The notes under the pieces were generated by a model that was given only the letters and a program-made list of their open reading frames with translations, did no database searches and was not told the origin of the DNA. Below, piece after piece: positions 49,551 through 61,459 of a DNA stretch of 64,000 nt. Each line of letters starts with the position of its first letter. Position 1 is the first letter of the stretch. A program made the position numbers and the translations under genes. This DNA is from Guillardia theta CCMP2712 (Eukaryota > Protista > Cryptophyta), in assembly GCF_000315625.1 (NCBI RefSeq), contig NW_005434669.1, positions 629,583 to 693,582 on the forward strand, given 5' to 3'.

Positions 49551-52194
49551 CCACGGGGGTGGAACTCCTCTTTTACCGGTATTAGGACGGGTACTTTTTC
49601 AATCCTTTTTACAGGGGTGGGGTAGTAGAATTTGTTGGGAATCGCAATGGCGATCCCGCGACAAACTGTTTCGAGGATGAATATCTCAAGAATGAAAATC
49701 TGTACAATGCAAAACAAACATTTTATATTTAGAGATACATACAAATTGTCATTCTCTATACTTGTTCGCTTTGTACACGTCTTAACTTTTGACATTTTGT
49801 CCTTTCTATCTCTTCTTCCGTAGACTTACAACCAGACAAAGTTCGTAATCCCTGAAATCTAGGCATTTGTCCTGTGAATCCTCCTCGTGTATCCAAAGAT
49901 TGAGTATGTATACGTTTCCGAGATCGAGGTTGGGACCTGCACTCATTCTCTTTGTCCCGTGTTCCTTCCTCTGCGTTGAAACGCTTCTTCTCCCCGCGTG
50001 GTCTGCTAAGAATGATTCGCTTTTTTGAGTGGTCATACACAAAAGGCAGATTGGGATCGAATTTTTTTGAGAGCTCAGTGCATGCTTTGTTGAATTTCCT
50101 CAAGAAATCTTTCTTGTTCAAATGACCTATCAAAGACCAGAGGTTTTCAACGCTGTCTGTGCAGAGCGTCCGTGCATTGAAGTCATACTCCTTTTCACCC
50201 AATACACCTTTGTTGTTGCTCAAATAACTCTGTATCTGTAGATGTGTGTCCATGGCTACAATCAGTCCTTCGAAGGTTACAGATGACAACCCCCTCATGT
50301 GCTTCTTGCCCACCCTCATCCAATCCACATCTCTTAGAAGCCAGGTTCGAGCTCTAAGAATCAGATTTCTTCTTTCAGACTTGGTGAGGCCTCTCTCGTC
50401 GAAAGCTCTGTGAAGGCCGTTCATTGCTTCTGCCATTCTTGCTGTTTCAATGTGTCCCTCTGCATTCAAAAGCGATATGGCCTTGCTGCTGAACATTTTT
50501 AACATGATATCCACTGATTGAGGGTCCGTGCACCCATCGACTTCCAGCTGCGTTAGCCATGACGAATTCTTCTTGGAAATATCAGGTTCATGACTTGTTA
50601 TACCCCCCAGATCTGCTTCACATTCCTCAAACACAGAACAAAATCCTGCATTTATCATTGTTTTGTCGATCGCACAACAATCTGACAATGCTCAGGATTC
50701 ATTCGACGGAATTCATCCATAATAAATGTGCACACTCTGGACCTATCATTACCATGCAGTTTCATGAGATGCCTATCTCGTTTCTGAAGAGTGGATGTGG
50801 ATGGCAGAGGTAAGTTGTGTAACATCTGGTCAGTATCAAAAGTTCCAGTATTTTTGTTGCCCGGCCCTGTGAGCAAGCGATATAGACCTGAGGTGCCGAC
50901 ATTCCGTATTGATTCAGCGAAACTCATGACTTGCTCAGAGTATCGCATGCCTCTAGTGTCCTTTGTTCGAAAGCCTTGTCGTATCCAGTCGCTCACTATG
51001 AATGGCATGATGGGGTGTTTGCTCTTCATGCCATCCCCTTCCTGACTGGCGAACATTACGACATCTGAAACTATGTCGGGAAGCTCAGCAGAACGGAGGT
51101 TATCCATCGCCCTTTCAACATGGCAGATGGTGAGAAAGCACTTGGCAGTAGGACTTTCGTCATTGGATTCTTCAAGAGACTCTTGCTCTTCAAGAATGCT
51201 TCGTATGAAATCACGTCTATCCTCCAATGGCATTGACTTGAAGTTCTCGCACATTGTATGTGCGAGGAGAGCGAATGCTGTTTTGATATTGCTGTTCTGG
51301 TCTTGGCTAATATGTTCAGGCCTTACATACCTGCATGGTGGCATGTCAGTACTCTGGTGCATTCCAGCTCGCTGGTTACCTTGAGTGATAATCGTGTATT
51401 TGCTTTTGTAGCTCGTCAACAGTGTCATAGTGCGAAGTGGCCCAATGTCTGATTTTCTTACACAATGCCTTTTGCTTTTGCCGATGATTCTTTACTTGAC
51501 TTCGAAGCTTTTGCGCGTCTATGTGCAGCTGGAATTGATCATGATGCATTTTGGCATCTGCTCCTTGTTGAAACGAGGTGAAGTAATGAAGGAAACAATT
51601 TTTGAAGCCCTCTGCATTCTGTCCAAAGAGGTCACCTAGAAGCGTCAACTTTGCTCGTACATGAGAAGTGTTGATGGTATGCTGGCTCAGCTTGAGATAA
51701 CTAGCCGCTACTTGTAGCAAGCTATCATCCGCGTCGCTTATCTTCAACGTTGCGTGCCCGATGTTTTGCAGAAAATGTAACAATTTCAGCACCAATGCGT
51801 CAGTGAACACTGCATAATCCTGTACAGTTTTCAAGTCGATGTCTTTGAAAGCCCGTCGACAACGTGAACAAGCTTTGATGCAGTGTTGAGGGATCGTCCG
51901 AATACTGTTCGTACTGTATCTCGTCTTACAAATAGGGCATTCCTCTCTGTCTGCTGTCGTCTTGCTCATGGCAAGGATGCAGTGCAGATTGCCCGCCAAA
52001 ATTCGGATTTGAATTTCTCCCCATGGCGCGTCATAGATCTTGCATCGTTGCCTTATACCCCCTGCATGACCACCGCCCTCGATGTGCATCGCGGTCGATG
52101 GGAGGGGTATTTAACTGAAAATTAGTACCAGGTATGGGCTAGAGGCAGTGGTTGGCCCGCGGATGAGATCGAATATAGTAGTTCCACCCCCGCG
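49551..52194 (-). mobile_element. Decayed P-superfamily-like DNA transposon (~2.64 kb) with ~18-bp TIRs and ATTGGCGG target-site duplication
   Basis: Left end CACGGGGGTGGAACTCCT (49552); right end reverse complement CGCGGGGGTGGAACTACT (ends 52194). ATTGGCGG at 49543-49550 and 52195-52202. Internal transposase-like ORFs. Confidence 0.75.
49756..52089 (-). pseudogene. Frame-disrupted, probably internally deleted P/THAP9-related transposase (three overlapping ORFs)
   Basis: MRYSEQVMSFAESI...LPLPSTSTL, AIDKTMI..G...DLGG, DPQSV...FS, AFDERG and ARTLCTDSVENLWS (cf. P-element SQDxxENxFS). CxxC motifs in the first ORF. Confidence 0.65.
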
Positions 52195-53553
52195 ATTGGC
52201 GGTGAAGGCAGTGGTGGTCCCTGGGTGATCCATGGTGGGTGGTCTGACTGGTGGTGGTTCACCAGGGGGGGGGGGGTGATCCATAGGAGGTGGGGTGGGA
52301 GACGTGGAGGGTTCCCTCAACTTTTAGTAGTGGGGTAGTATCTTGCTAGGTCACGATTCACTACTATAAACTACATTGGATCTAAGGGGGTGGGGTCAAT
52401 CAAAAAAAGCTAAAAGGCTTGAGATGCTCTGCCAGATTCACCAAGGGGTGGGTAGTGAAGATACTAGTGGTACTTGAGGGTAGTATAATTTCAATAAGTT
52501 TCAAGTAGGGGTGGGATCCGTGAAGGCACGTGTGATGGTAGTGGGTAGGGTAGTTCTTGAACATCCTTGTTACCCCACAATTCGAAAGCCCCTAATAGGG
52601 TAGGGGTAGTGCTATCCGGAGCTAAAAATATGACTTCGAGGCGGGCATCTAATGAATCCTGTGGAACGACGAGGGGTGGGGTAGGTAGGAAGACACCCAA
52701 GGGGGTACCAAGGAGAATTCGACGGGTGGGGTTGTTACGACTAGAAGGGGTTGAAACCCAGATATTCGAAGGGTAGTACAACTGTAAAAGAGTGGGTGGG
52801 GTAGTTAGTTTTTGTTGTGTCCGAAGCTGGGGTGGGTACGACCAATGGGAGAAACGAGGTTCGTGAGCTGACCACGGGTGATTTTGAAGTAAGGATACCG
52901 GGTAGTAGAACATATTTGATCAGTACCGGTCATTTTCGCTTGGTTTGGATTCGAAAAGGGGGTGCTGGTACTGGTACCCCTATCCTCATGCGCGAGAACA
53001 AAGGGGTCCTTAAAGAAAGCTGATGCCTTTGGGGTGGGGGTAGTACCCAAGACTCGTAGTCTCTAGCACAGTTTGTATGACCATTTCTAGCGCGCTATGG
53101 ACCTCGTGTATCCGACATAGGACAGTCCTAGGACATCCGAGAACATCCTCCTCCCGCGCCGCCGCCCGCGCAGGTTAGCATGGCGAAGCGGCGGCTCCTC
53201 AGCTCCTGTACAGCCAGCAGACCAGCGCAACTTCTTGCACCAGCCTCTCATCTATCCTGCTCCCCCCTTGCTACATTCCTGGCATAGTCTCGCAAGGTGT
53301 AAAGAGCACCAAGCGAATCAGCAACTGACAGCCGCGCACACGCCTCTTTCACTGCAAAAGCGAATCATTGGATCCTTCGTCCGCGGTCCCTTGCTCATTC
53401 CGTCAGTCCTCCTGTAGTTCGGCTAAGCTCTTTATCGTGATTACTGTTGGCTTCTCTATCAGATAGAAGTTGAGGTGATCAACTGTCCTGTGTCCCCAGC
53501 CCCTGCCTCTGGGCTGGGAGGCTGGCGCTTTGCAGAATCTCATCGAGATCAAG

Positions 53554-56500
53554 ATGAGAGCGGGAGATTCAGGTGGCAGTAACAGTAATAGCCGTCCAGG
53601 CTCTCCTCAAGGTGCTGGCTCTCCGCCAGGACAAACGTGAGTCTGCTCTGATTGTGGATGCTGCTTGTTCAATCATCCAACTCATTGCTATCTGAATTGC
53701 TTTCTGGAAACCATACAAAATCATTCATACTTCCTTGGATGTTTTCCGTTTATTCGTTGGTTTTTGTGTGTGTCTAAAACTCTTTCGTTCCCCCTGTGAT
53801 CTTGTTTTGGTTGCATTTTGGAAACATGATACTCAGGGTGTCATTGCCACGGCTTCTTTGATGTTGAATGGATGCGGTCTTTTATTGATTGCTTCATGCT
53901 TTAGAGGATTGGGTTCCTGGATAGAAATTGTTGAAGAGCGAACGGGTGACATCCGAAACCCTCCGCGAAGGTATGATTCCATATTTCAGGCGTCTTCTGT
54001 GCTAGAGGAACTAACCAGAAAACGCTCACGCAGGGGTAGCACTTCACGTCCTGGAGGGGGAGGGGGGTCACTGATGGCTATGATTGGAGCTCAAGCTGAC
54101 AGCAGTCCTTCACGGCCAGGCCAGCCAACACAACACGACGATGGCAGAGAACAACGTACCACACCATCCTGTTCTTGTTCTGGTTCCCAATGTTGACACA
54201 ATGCACACAGAAGCGGCTACCCGTCAGGAGCCCGTATTTGGCAGAGCGGCATCGAATAGAATCGAACAGGTTGATTTGTTTCCAGGCACATATTGTGAGT
54301 TTGAACGGATGGTAGGCGTTCGCACAATCCAATAGTATGGTTCAGCCTTGGGTATTGGGAAGAATGTGAGCTAAGTTGCATTACAGTAGCGCATGCATTG
54401 ATTGTAGTGCACGCGCAGGTACAATATCGTTGACAGAATAGCTTTTATCGCATGCAAAGCAGTACCAAAAGAGTATGATGGATCAAGGTTCTCGAGCTCT
54501 AATCGTGCGTTGCTGCGGCTGATATTGGGTTACAGATACCATTTCTTCCATGTGGAAGGATTGCTCACATATTACCCATTTTGTGACGATTTTGGCCCTA
54601 TGAATCTAAGGCATTTCATTCTTGCGAGTTGCATGCTCTCTAAGTTGCCTCCTACAGTGCGGTTTTTCGCTTTTGTGAGATTTTATCTGTCAAACTAGAG
54701 AGCTTTCCAAATGAGGCAATTTTGCATTGTTTTTCTTGTGTGAATGTGAAAATTCTTGCTGCACAGACAATTGTTCTTTGTTCTCCATCTGATAGAAGAT
54801 CAAGAACAAACTCGATTTTTTTATTGGGAGCTTACATGGTACGTCGATCCTACTTTGGGCCTAGCTTTGTTTGATTTGGTTCAAGGTCCTCGAAATGGAT
54901 CGAAAAGGTCATGAGGCTGATATGCCGCTGAGCCAAGTCCATCCTCGCCCGTTTGAGCCTTACCGTGATGGTGATATCTTATCCTGACATCAGTAGGGTT
55001 GCGATTAATCCTACTGCAGCGACATTCGAGCCTTCATGTTTCGATCTGCACATCAGTGATGTATGGAAGGGTATTGCACGGGCGAAGGTTGCTTGAAATC
55101 ATGCAATTCAAGTTTTCCTCTGATTGGACGCTAGGAACTTGGCTGGCTGGATCCAGACTCTCCAGATGCAATTGATCTCGAGGTGCCTGGCGGATTGAGG
55201 GTATGTTGCTTGGTTCAAATTAACCCTCGAAATAGGAGTACGAACATTATGATAATCCTGGCAATGGAGACTTGCACATGATAATTCCAAACAAGATAAT
55301 TGCATTCAAAGTATTTGAGCTCGACCTGTGACGAGGGCGTTTTGCTCACTTGTCTGTAGGGTCCAGTTGGCGATTTGCCCGATGGGCGAGATTGGTACGA
55401 CAGAAATTCAGTTCGATCTGTAAGTTTGTAGGATCTTGATTGCTTTTACTCATCAAGGCTTTAGTTTCATCCAAGATTTTATTTGGACATTTTTCATGAG
55501 ATGGGAGTGAAATGTGTGGTGCGATTGAATGAGGCCAAGTATGATCGGAATTCCTTCAAGGTACAGTCGTGCCCTGACCTAAAAAGACTTGAATCTGACT
55601 TATCATCAGACAAACGGCATTGAGCATGTTGATCTCTACTTCGATGACTGCACAGTTCCACCCCCTCAGATCGTCGTGAGATTTTTGCAAGTCGTGGAGA
55701 GAACAGAGGGTGTGGTAGCGATTCACTGCAAAGCGGGGTTAGGGAGAACCGGAACGTTGATTGGTATATATAGTGTTGTTTTACTCCGACTTGGTCTGAC
55801 ATCAATCATCAGGACTGTATTTGATGAAAGCCTATGGCTTCACTGCAAGGTTCCATCTGGAACTGTTTGACTTCCATGAAACTAAGATTTCGAACTCGAA
55901 TTGCAGAGAGGCTATTGGATGGATGAGAGTGGTCAGACCTGGTTCTGTCATTGGGGTGCAGCAGCAGGTAACTGCTTTTGTGATTCAACTGTTTGCTGGA
56001 TCTTTCTTACATTTTCAACCTAGTTCATGGCTGACCAAGAAGCTACAATGCATCGTGCAGGGGAAAGAGCTCGAGGAAGGTGTGTACTGCACGCTGGTCG
56101 CTTGATTTCCTGCCTCAAATTCGCGGCAGACCGCCCGAAAGCCTGTTAACAAGCGAAGAACTGGAAAAATTATGTATTTTTCAAGAAAGCCAGCGGTTAT
56201 TTTTTAACTGTGAGGGTTCATATGTTGATCTGCTTGATTTGAACAGTGTTGGCTGGGGTGGGGGCGGCAGTCCAGATATGGACATGGCAGCTGCAGTTCT
56301 GGGTGAGGTAAGGCACTTAACAGAAGATGAATGTTGCAACACCAAATCTGATCTTGTCGTGAACTTGCAATTCCACTTGTTTTCTGGTGAGACCGAGAAA
56401 TGATTGATTTCTGCAGAGGGTCAAAGAAGCATCAGACCGAAGGAGTACAGCGATGATTCAAAGATCTGGCCAGGTAAATTTGTGACATCTGATCCCTTCT

Positions 56501-56943
56501 GTCGTGAAGTCATATTCTATTAGGGGCGAGGACAGAGAATGGACGACAACCTCGCTGGAAGTCGAGATGTGGAAGGTAAACAACCATACCCCTACACCAA
56601 ACATATCATTTCCAATTGACTTGATTTGTAGAAAATGATTCAGATGTGGATGATCAATCCAATCCTGGTTGAGACGCAAAGAACATTTGCACCCCACACA
56701 TTCGTGATTTCAGGGGCGTTGTCGATATTCTTCAAGCAGTGCAACCAGAGTTTGAAAAATGTTTGGTCGATACGTATGGATCGATTGGACACGTCGTCTT
56801 GATCGATGACTTGCTTTGAAACAAACATCAAGGCCAATGGCGTATGTCACTTTGACGACAGGAACGTTTGGTTTTGCAAATTTTTGGATGGAACATCCAC
56901 AAACAGTCAAAAAGAATCTTTGATAGGGAGAATTCACTGCTGA
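53554..56943 (+). CDS. CDC14: Cdc14-family dual-specificity phosphatase, many short exons
   Basis: [87 protein letters not shown]. Confidence 0.93.
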
Positions 56944-57125
56944 TATCCGTATTCAAGCTTCAAGAACTCAGGTGTATAGTGTAAAGAAATTTCAGCAGTG
57001 TAAAGCATATTCCTTTTTTTGATATTGATGAAATGAAGGATCCAGGTTGCTTGGCAAATATGCTTGGCAAGTCTCCATGTTATCTTGCCATATCATCATC
57101 GTCCATGAATTTCCCTCACGTTCGC

Positions 57126-57191
57126 CTTAAGGACAAGAAGTCTCACTATTCCGTTTACTTAAGGACAAGAAGTCTCACTATTCCGTTTACT
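57126..57191 (+). repeat. 32-bp exact tandem duplication
   Basis: CTTAAGGACAAGAAGTCTCACTATTCCGTTTA x2. Confidence 0.9.
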
Positions 57192-58502
57192 CTCGTCTTG
57201 CAGTGACACATTCACACACATTCACTTGCTTATGCAACCTCCCAATAGCCTACTACTCCTGGCGTTGGGTTCATGATGATGGGGTACGACACCTGCCATC
57301 TGGCGGTGAGAAAATCCTTGCAGGAGACAAGGAGACCTCTCACCACCACGCTGTCATTCTTGAACTCGCTGCCGGGTACGGCCTCGATGTAGTAAGGCTG
57401 TCATTACAGTCAAAATCCTACGAGCAGCGTCGCCTATGCGCAATCATCCATTCATGATAAGCAAAACAACGAACAACATGAGATGTGGAATGCGTTCCAA
57501 GAAATGTGTTGATGGAGAACAGCCGGATCATGTTGTGCTCTCGATACTAATCAAGTTCATCCCTTTCACTCATTCTCTATCCGGTCGCCCCACAAACTCC
57601 TAATGAACCTTTGGCCCCTCCTCCCCTCCCCTTCCTTACTCTCTTCCCCTCCTCCCCTCCCCTTCCTTACTCTCTTCCCCTCCTCCCCTCCACTCTAGTT
57701 CTGCTCCCTTGCTCTCTTCCCCTCCTCCCCTCCACTCTAGTTCCGCTCTCTCTCTCTCTCTCTCTCCATCTCCTCTCCTCTTCCTTTCTTCTCGGCCACT
57801 CGTTTCTTCCTCTCACATCCTCCTCTCCTCCAGCCTTCTCCTTCCCTCCTCTCTTTCTCTTCTCTCCTCCAGCCTTCTCCTTCTCTCCTCTCTTCCTCTC
57901 ATCGCCTCTTACAGGTTGCGGTGCATGGCTGCCCATCAGGACATGGATGGCATCGGCGAGCGAAGGCATTAGCAGTTCCAAGTGTCGCGTACGTTACGTG
58001 ATCATAACGGCTGTTCCCATTCGTAGGGGTTGAGTAAAATAAAAACCAGACCCAAAGGAGGAGGCGGAAAACGAGGCCCTGAGGGAGGAGAGGAGGGGAG
58101 GGAGAGAGAAGCTGGTCATGCAGGTGACTTACGTGTGTCTCGTTGCACTGGCGTGCTGCATCCATCCAAGCCAAGGTGGTTGAAACAGCTGGTGGCTTGA
58201 GAGTGAGTCCGTGCCATAGCAGTTCGAGCACACCCAAGTCGTCTGGCAATGCACCTCAGGGGAGGAGCGCAAGGAAGGTAAGGGAAGGAGCCATGGAAGC
58301 AAGCCTCTCATAGACGCCCAGGTATATGGATGGAGAAGTTCAGCAGGGACGGCGGTAGCAATCATCCGAGAATCCATGCAATGCTGATCCCTTCTCAGCC
58401 GGCGATCAGTAATCAGAAGTGAAATAGGACAAAATGTCTTCAACACGATGATGTCGCTGAAGGTGAAGCTTACCAGGATTACTGGAGGAAGGAAGGAGGG
58501 GA

Positions 58503-58547
<45 letters not shown>

Positions 58548-58605
58548 TCTTAATCTTCATGTGAAAGAAGACTTGAGCCTCTTTAACGGTTGAGTAGCAA
58601 CAGCA

Positions 58606-59579
58606 TGTTGATTAGTTTTCCCAGGAATTTCCTTCGCACCTTGACTCTAAGCCCCTTCACCTGACCGAAGCTCCAAGTCCCTCTGAGGTACGAGGATTCA
58701 AAGGAATTCTTGTAACTGCGCTGCAGTGCCCCATTCGCTTCCAAGACATTCAGTACAACGAGGAAAGGATCGTATACAATCCCATCGGCGGAGAAGGGCG
58801 AGCATACAGGTCATTCAGAGCGCGTGTTTGCTACATTTCACAAGTCGTCAGGGGGTTTGGTTTATCTGGCATGGCAGTAGAAGAGCCCAGAAAGTGGCCT
58901 TACGCGATTCCAGAGGCTCTACCAGGCCTGCATCCTTTGAGCCGCTAATTCGGGAGCAGGTGAAGGGGCACAGATGGTGGAAGAATGTGGAGATCGACGG
59001 AGTGAAGGTGAAGAGCCGGCCTAAGACCGCAGCGATGAGAGTCACATGCCGAACCTCCTGGCGGTTGTAAATCCGTCCCTCACTGCACTCTGACTTCAGT
59101 ACAGACAGAAGATGGAGTTGAAGGAGAGGAAAGCGGCTATGAAAGGGATTGTAGACAAACTGAGAGTCAAGGTGCATCATTGAGCTGCGATTATGACTCC
59201 TGAAAACTCTGTGTAGGCCATAGAAGCGAAGGAACAAGAACGCATGAAGTTGCAGGTACTTCAATTGACGGAACATAGAAATATGTGTGTGCGGTGGGTA
59301 AGTTCAATGCAGGAAAGGAGAAGAATTAAGCTAGAGAACAGATTATCCAACGAGAAGTATCAGGTATGCTTGTGTATTACGTTCTACAGTCTGCTGAAGT
59401 CGGCTGTCCCAGTTGATAACCAACCCAGCCAAGATTGCGCGCATGAACAGAAAAGAGGTGAATCGTATGCTTTGCAAGAGAGCATTCATGGCCGTATGCA
59501 GCGAAAGAAGTTGAAGACCTTGCCCCCTGGTATCCTGGCTCCCTCAAAATCTAGACAAGAAACAATCGAGGAGGCTTAG
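58606..59579 (+). CDS. Hypothetical multi-exon protein
   Basis: Regular short GT-AG introns and coding-like exons ending QETIEEA*. No recognised domain; start uncertain. Confidence 0.4.
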
Positions 59580-59609
59580 TGACCAGTCAGGATTGAAAAG
59601 CCTGTGTAT

Positions 59610-61082
59610 CTAAGACTTTCGCTCTGCCTGTTTCAAGGGCGATTTGATGGATCGCAGCATCTTGAGCGCTGCTGGACCAACCTTCAAGCTGATGTTTTGT
59701 AAGATTACAATCAGGGGGGAGAGCTTCGTACCTGTGCGATGCCAGGAAACTACAACAAGCAGCAAGAGAAGTGTCGCTGCCTCCATGTCAAGACAGCAGT
59801 TCACCAAAGGGTTGATTCTACCGTTTGCGAAGGCAAGGGCACAAGCTCAGCATGGAAGAAAATAAGAAGGCTAGGAGAACTTCTTTTGACATGGCAAGCA
59901 AACTCAGCCTGGTCACTGGAAAGATCATTGTTAGATGCATCGCATATCTCTCCATGGCGCTCGGCACCGACAAAGATTATCGTGATCGATGCCACAACAA
60001 ACAGGCTCACGATCGCAATCCTTGTGAACGATTCCAACGTCTGCGACACACGTTACTCTTTTGTAAGGTTGGAAGGATTAGTTTGTTTTGCCTGGAATCG
60101 AGCGTGCAGCGTCTGCCACAGCCTATTCGAGATGACGTAGAGAGGGTGAACGAGGAACGAACCTTTAAAGAGGATCAGACGAACCCCCTCCATTCCCTCA
60201 CACCTGTCACAACTGCCCACAACGTACAAGCGAAACTCAAACGAGAAGAGATGAAGACACCCCCCCACAGCAGAGCATTCAGAAGGAACGACTTAATGAA
60301 GCTTGTTCCTTCAGGTACTGAGCGAATAACAATGATGGCCTCTTGCAATCCCTGTCAACTGTCAAACTTTCCATTCGCGAAGAAACATCACTTACACATC
60401 CAAAGCTTGCAAAGAGAATATGGAATGTGGAGAGTAGAGAGGGATGAGACAGCCACTGATGGCAACTTGCGAGTATGTCTTGTAGAGGTGAAGGCAAAAT
60501 CTCATGGAAACTTCGAAAAAAATTGCTTAAAGATATGACAACAAGAGTTGCCAAACAAAGCAATTGAATGACACTGATTTCAAAGAAAGTTATGAATCCA
60601 AAAGCGCAACTTGTTCCGATGAATGCCAGGGAGGATTTGACACCTTCTTCCCACATGAGCAATCTGGTTATTTGGCCGTGCATGGCATGTATCTTCGAAC
60701 TCTCTACTCCAAACATGAATGGCTCGCCGCGATCAACTTGAGTTTCCTGATCGAGATCAGCTTGCATGACACCAGCAAACTTGATTGGAGAAGCTCGAGG
60801 AAAGAAGATGGTAGAACGAGAGACTTGGAGAGGAGAAGACTCGGGGAAGGGAAGGCAGCTGCTCCTCTCAAGGTTGGGGTCCATGTTCTCACGGTCGTGA
60901 GGCGACAAGCAGCTCGCCATGTTCTTCCCCTTGAGGTCTGAGGCTGCGCCCGTCCGCGCTGCCGTGCCCTCAGGTCTTCGGCCCCTCGAGTCTGAGAAGT
61001 TCATAGCTGGACTGTAGGGGAGGGGAAACAGAGGAACCCGCTCAGCCTCCTCTACCTGCATTGCACGTTCCAAGCCAGACAT
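59610..61082 (-). CDS. Reticulon-domain protein
   Basis: Disordered N-terminus, then LLMWEEGVKSSLAF...ISVIQLLCLATLVVISL (reticulon hairpin 1) and a second hydrophobic hairpin ending FLVHPLY. Confidence 0.7.
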
Positions 61083-61459
61083 CCCAAGTTGATTTTGAAT
61101 TCGAAATCCCAACTCAAAAGCTTTACGTTGGTGACCGTACACGCCGAGCCCGCCCCAGTACTGACTGAAATATCAGTGAAACTCAGTAGCAAGTTTCAAC
61201 TTGCGGCTCGGCACGGTGACTCTGTGAGTCGGCCCGGGGGCCCACATGACTCAGATGATCATCATGACGGGGCACTGCACGGGCGGGGCGCGGCATCGCC
61301 GCGGATTGGCCCGTCACAGTACGGCAGTGAGTAACCGTGGCAGCCTGGCAGCCTGACTGCGGTGACAGTACCGTACGGTCACCCGGAGTCTCGGAGTCCG
61401 ATCGCGGCGGCGCGGCCGGGACCCGTGGGCCGGGCCGGGGCCCGCGGCCCGCATGGCAT

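Noticed and set aside
57200-58560. Short coding-like pieces around a CT-rich tract
   Set aside because: No consistent exon chain or domain could be built.
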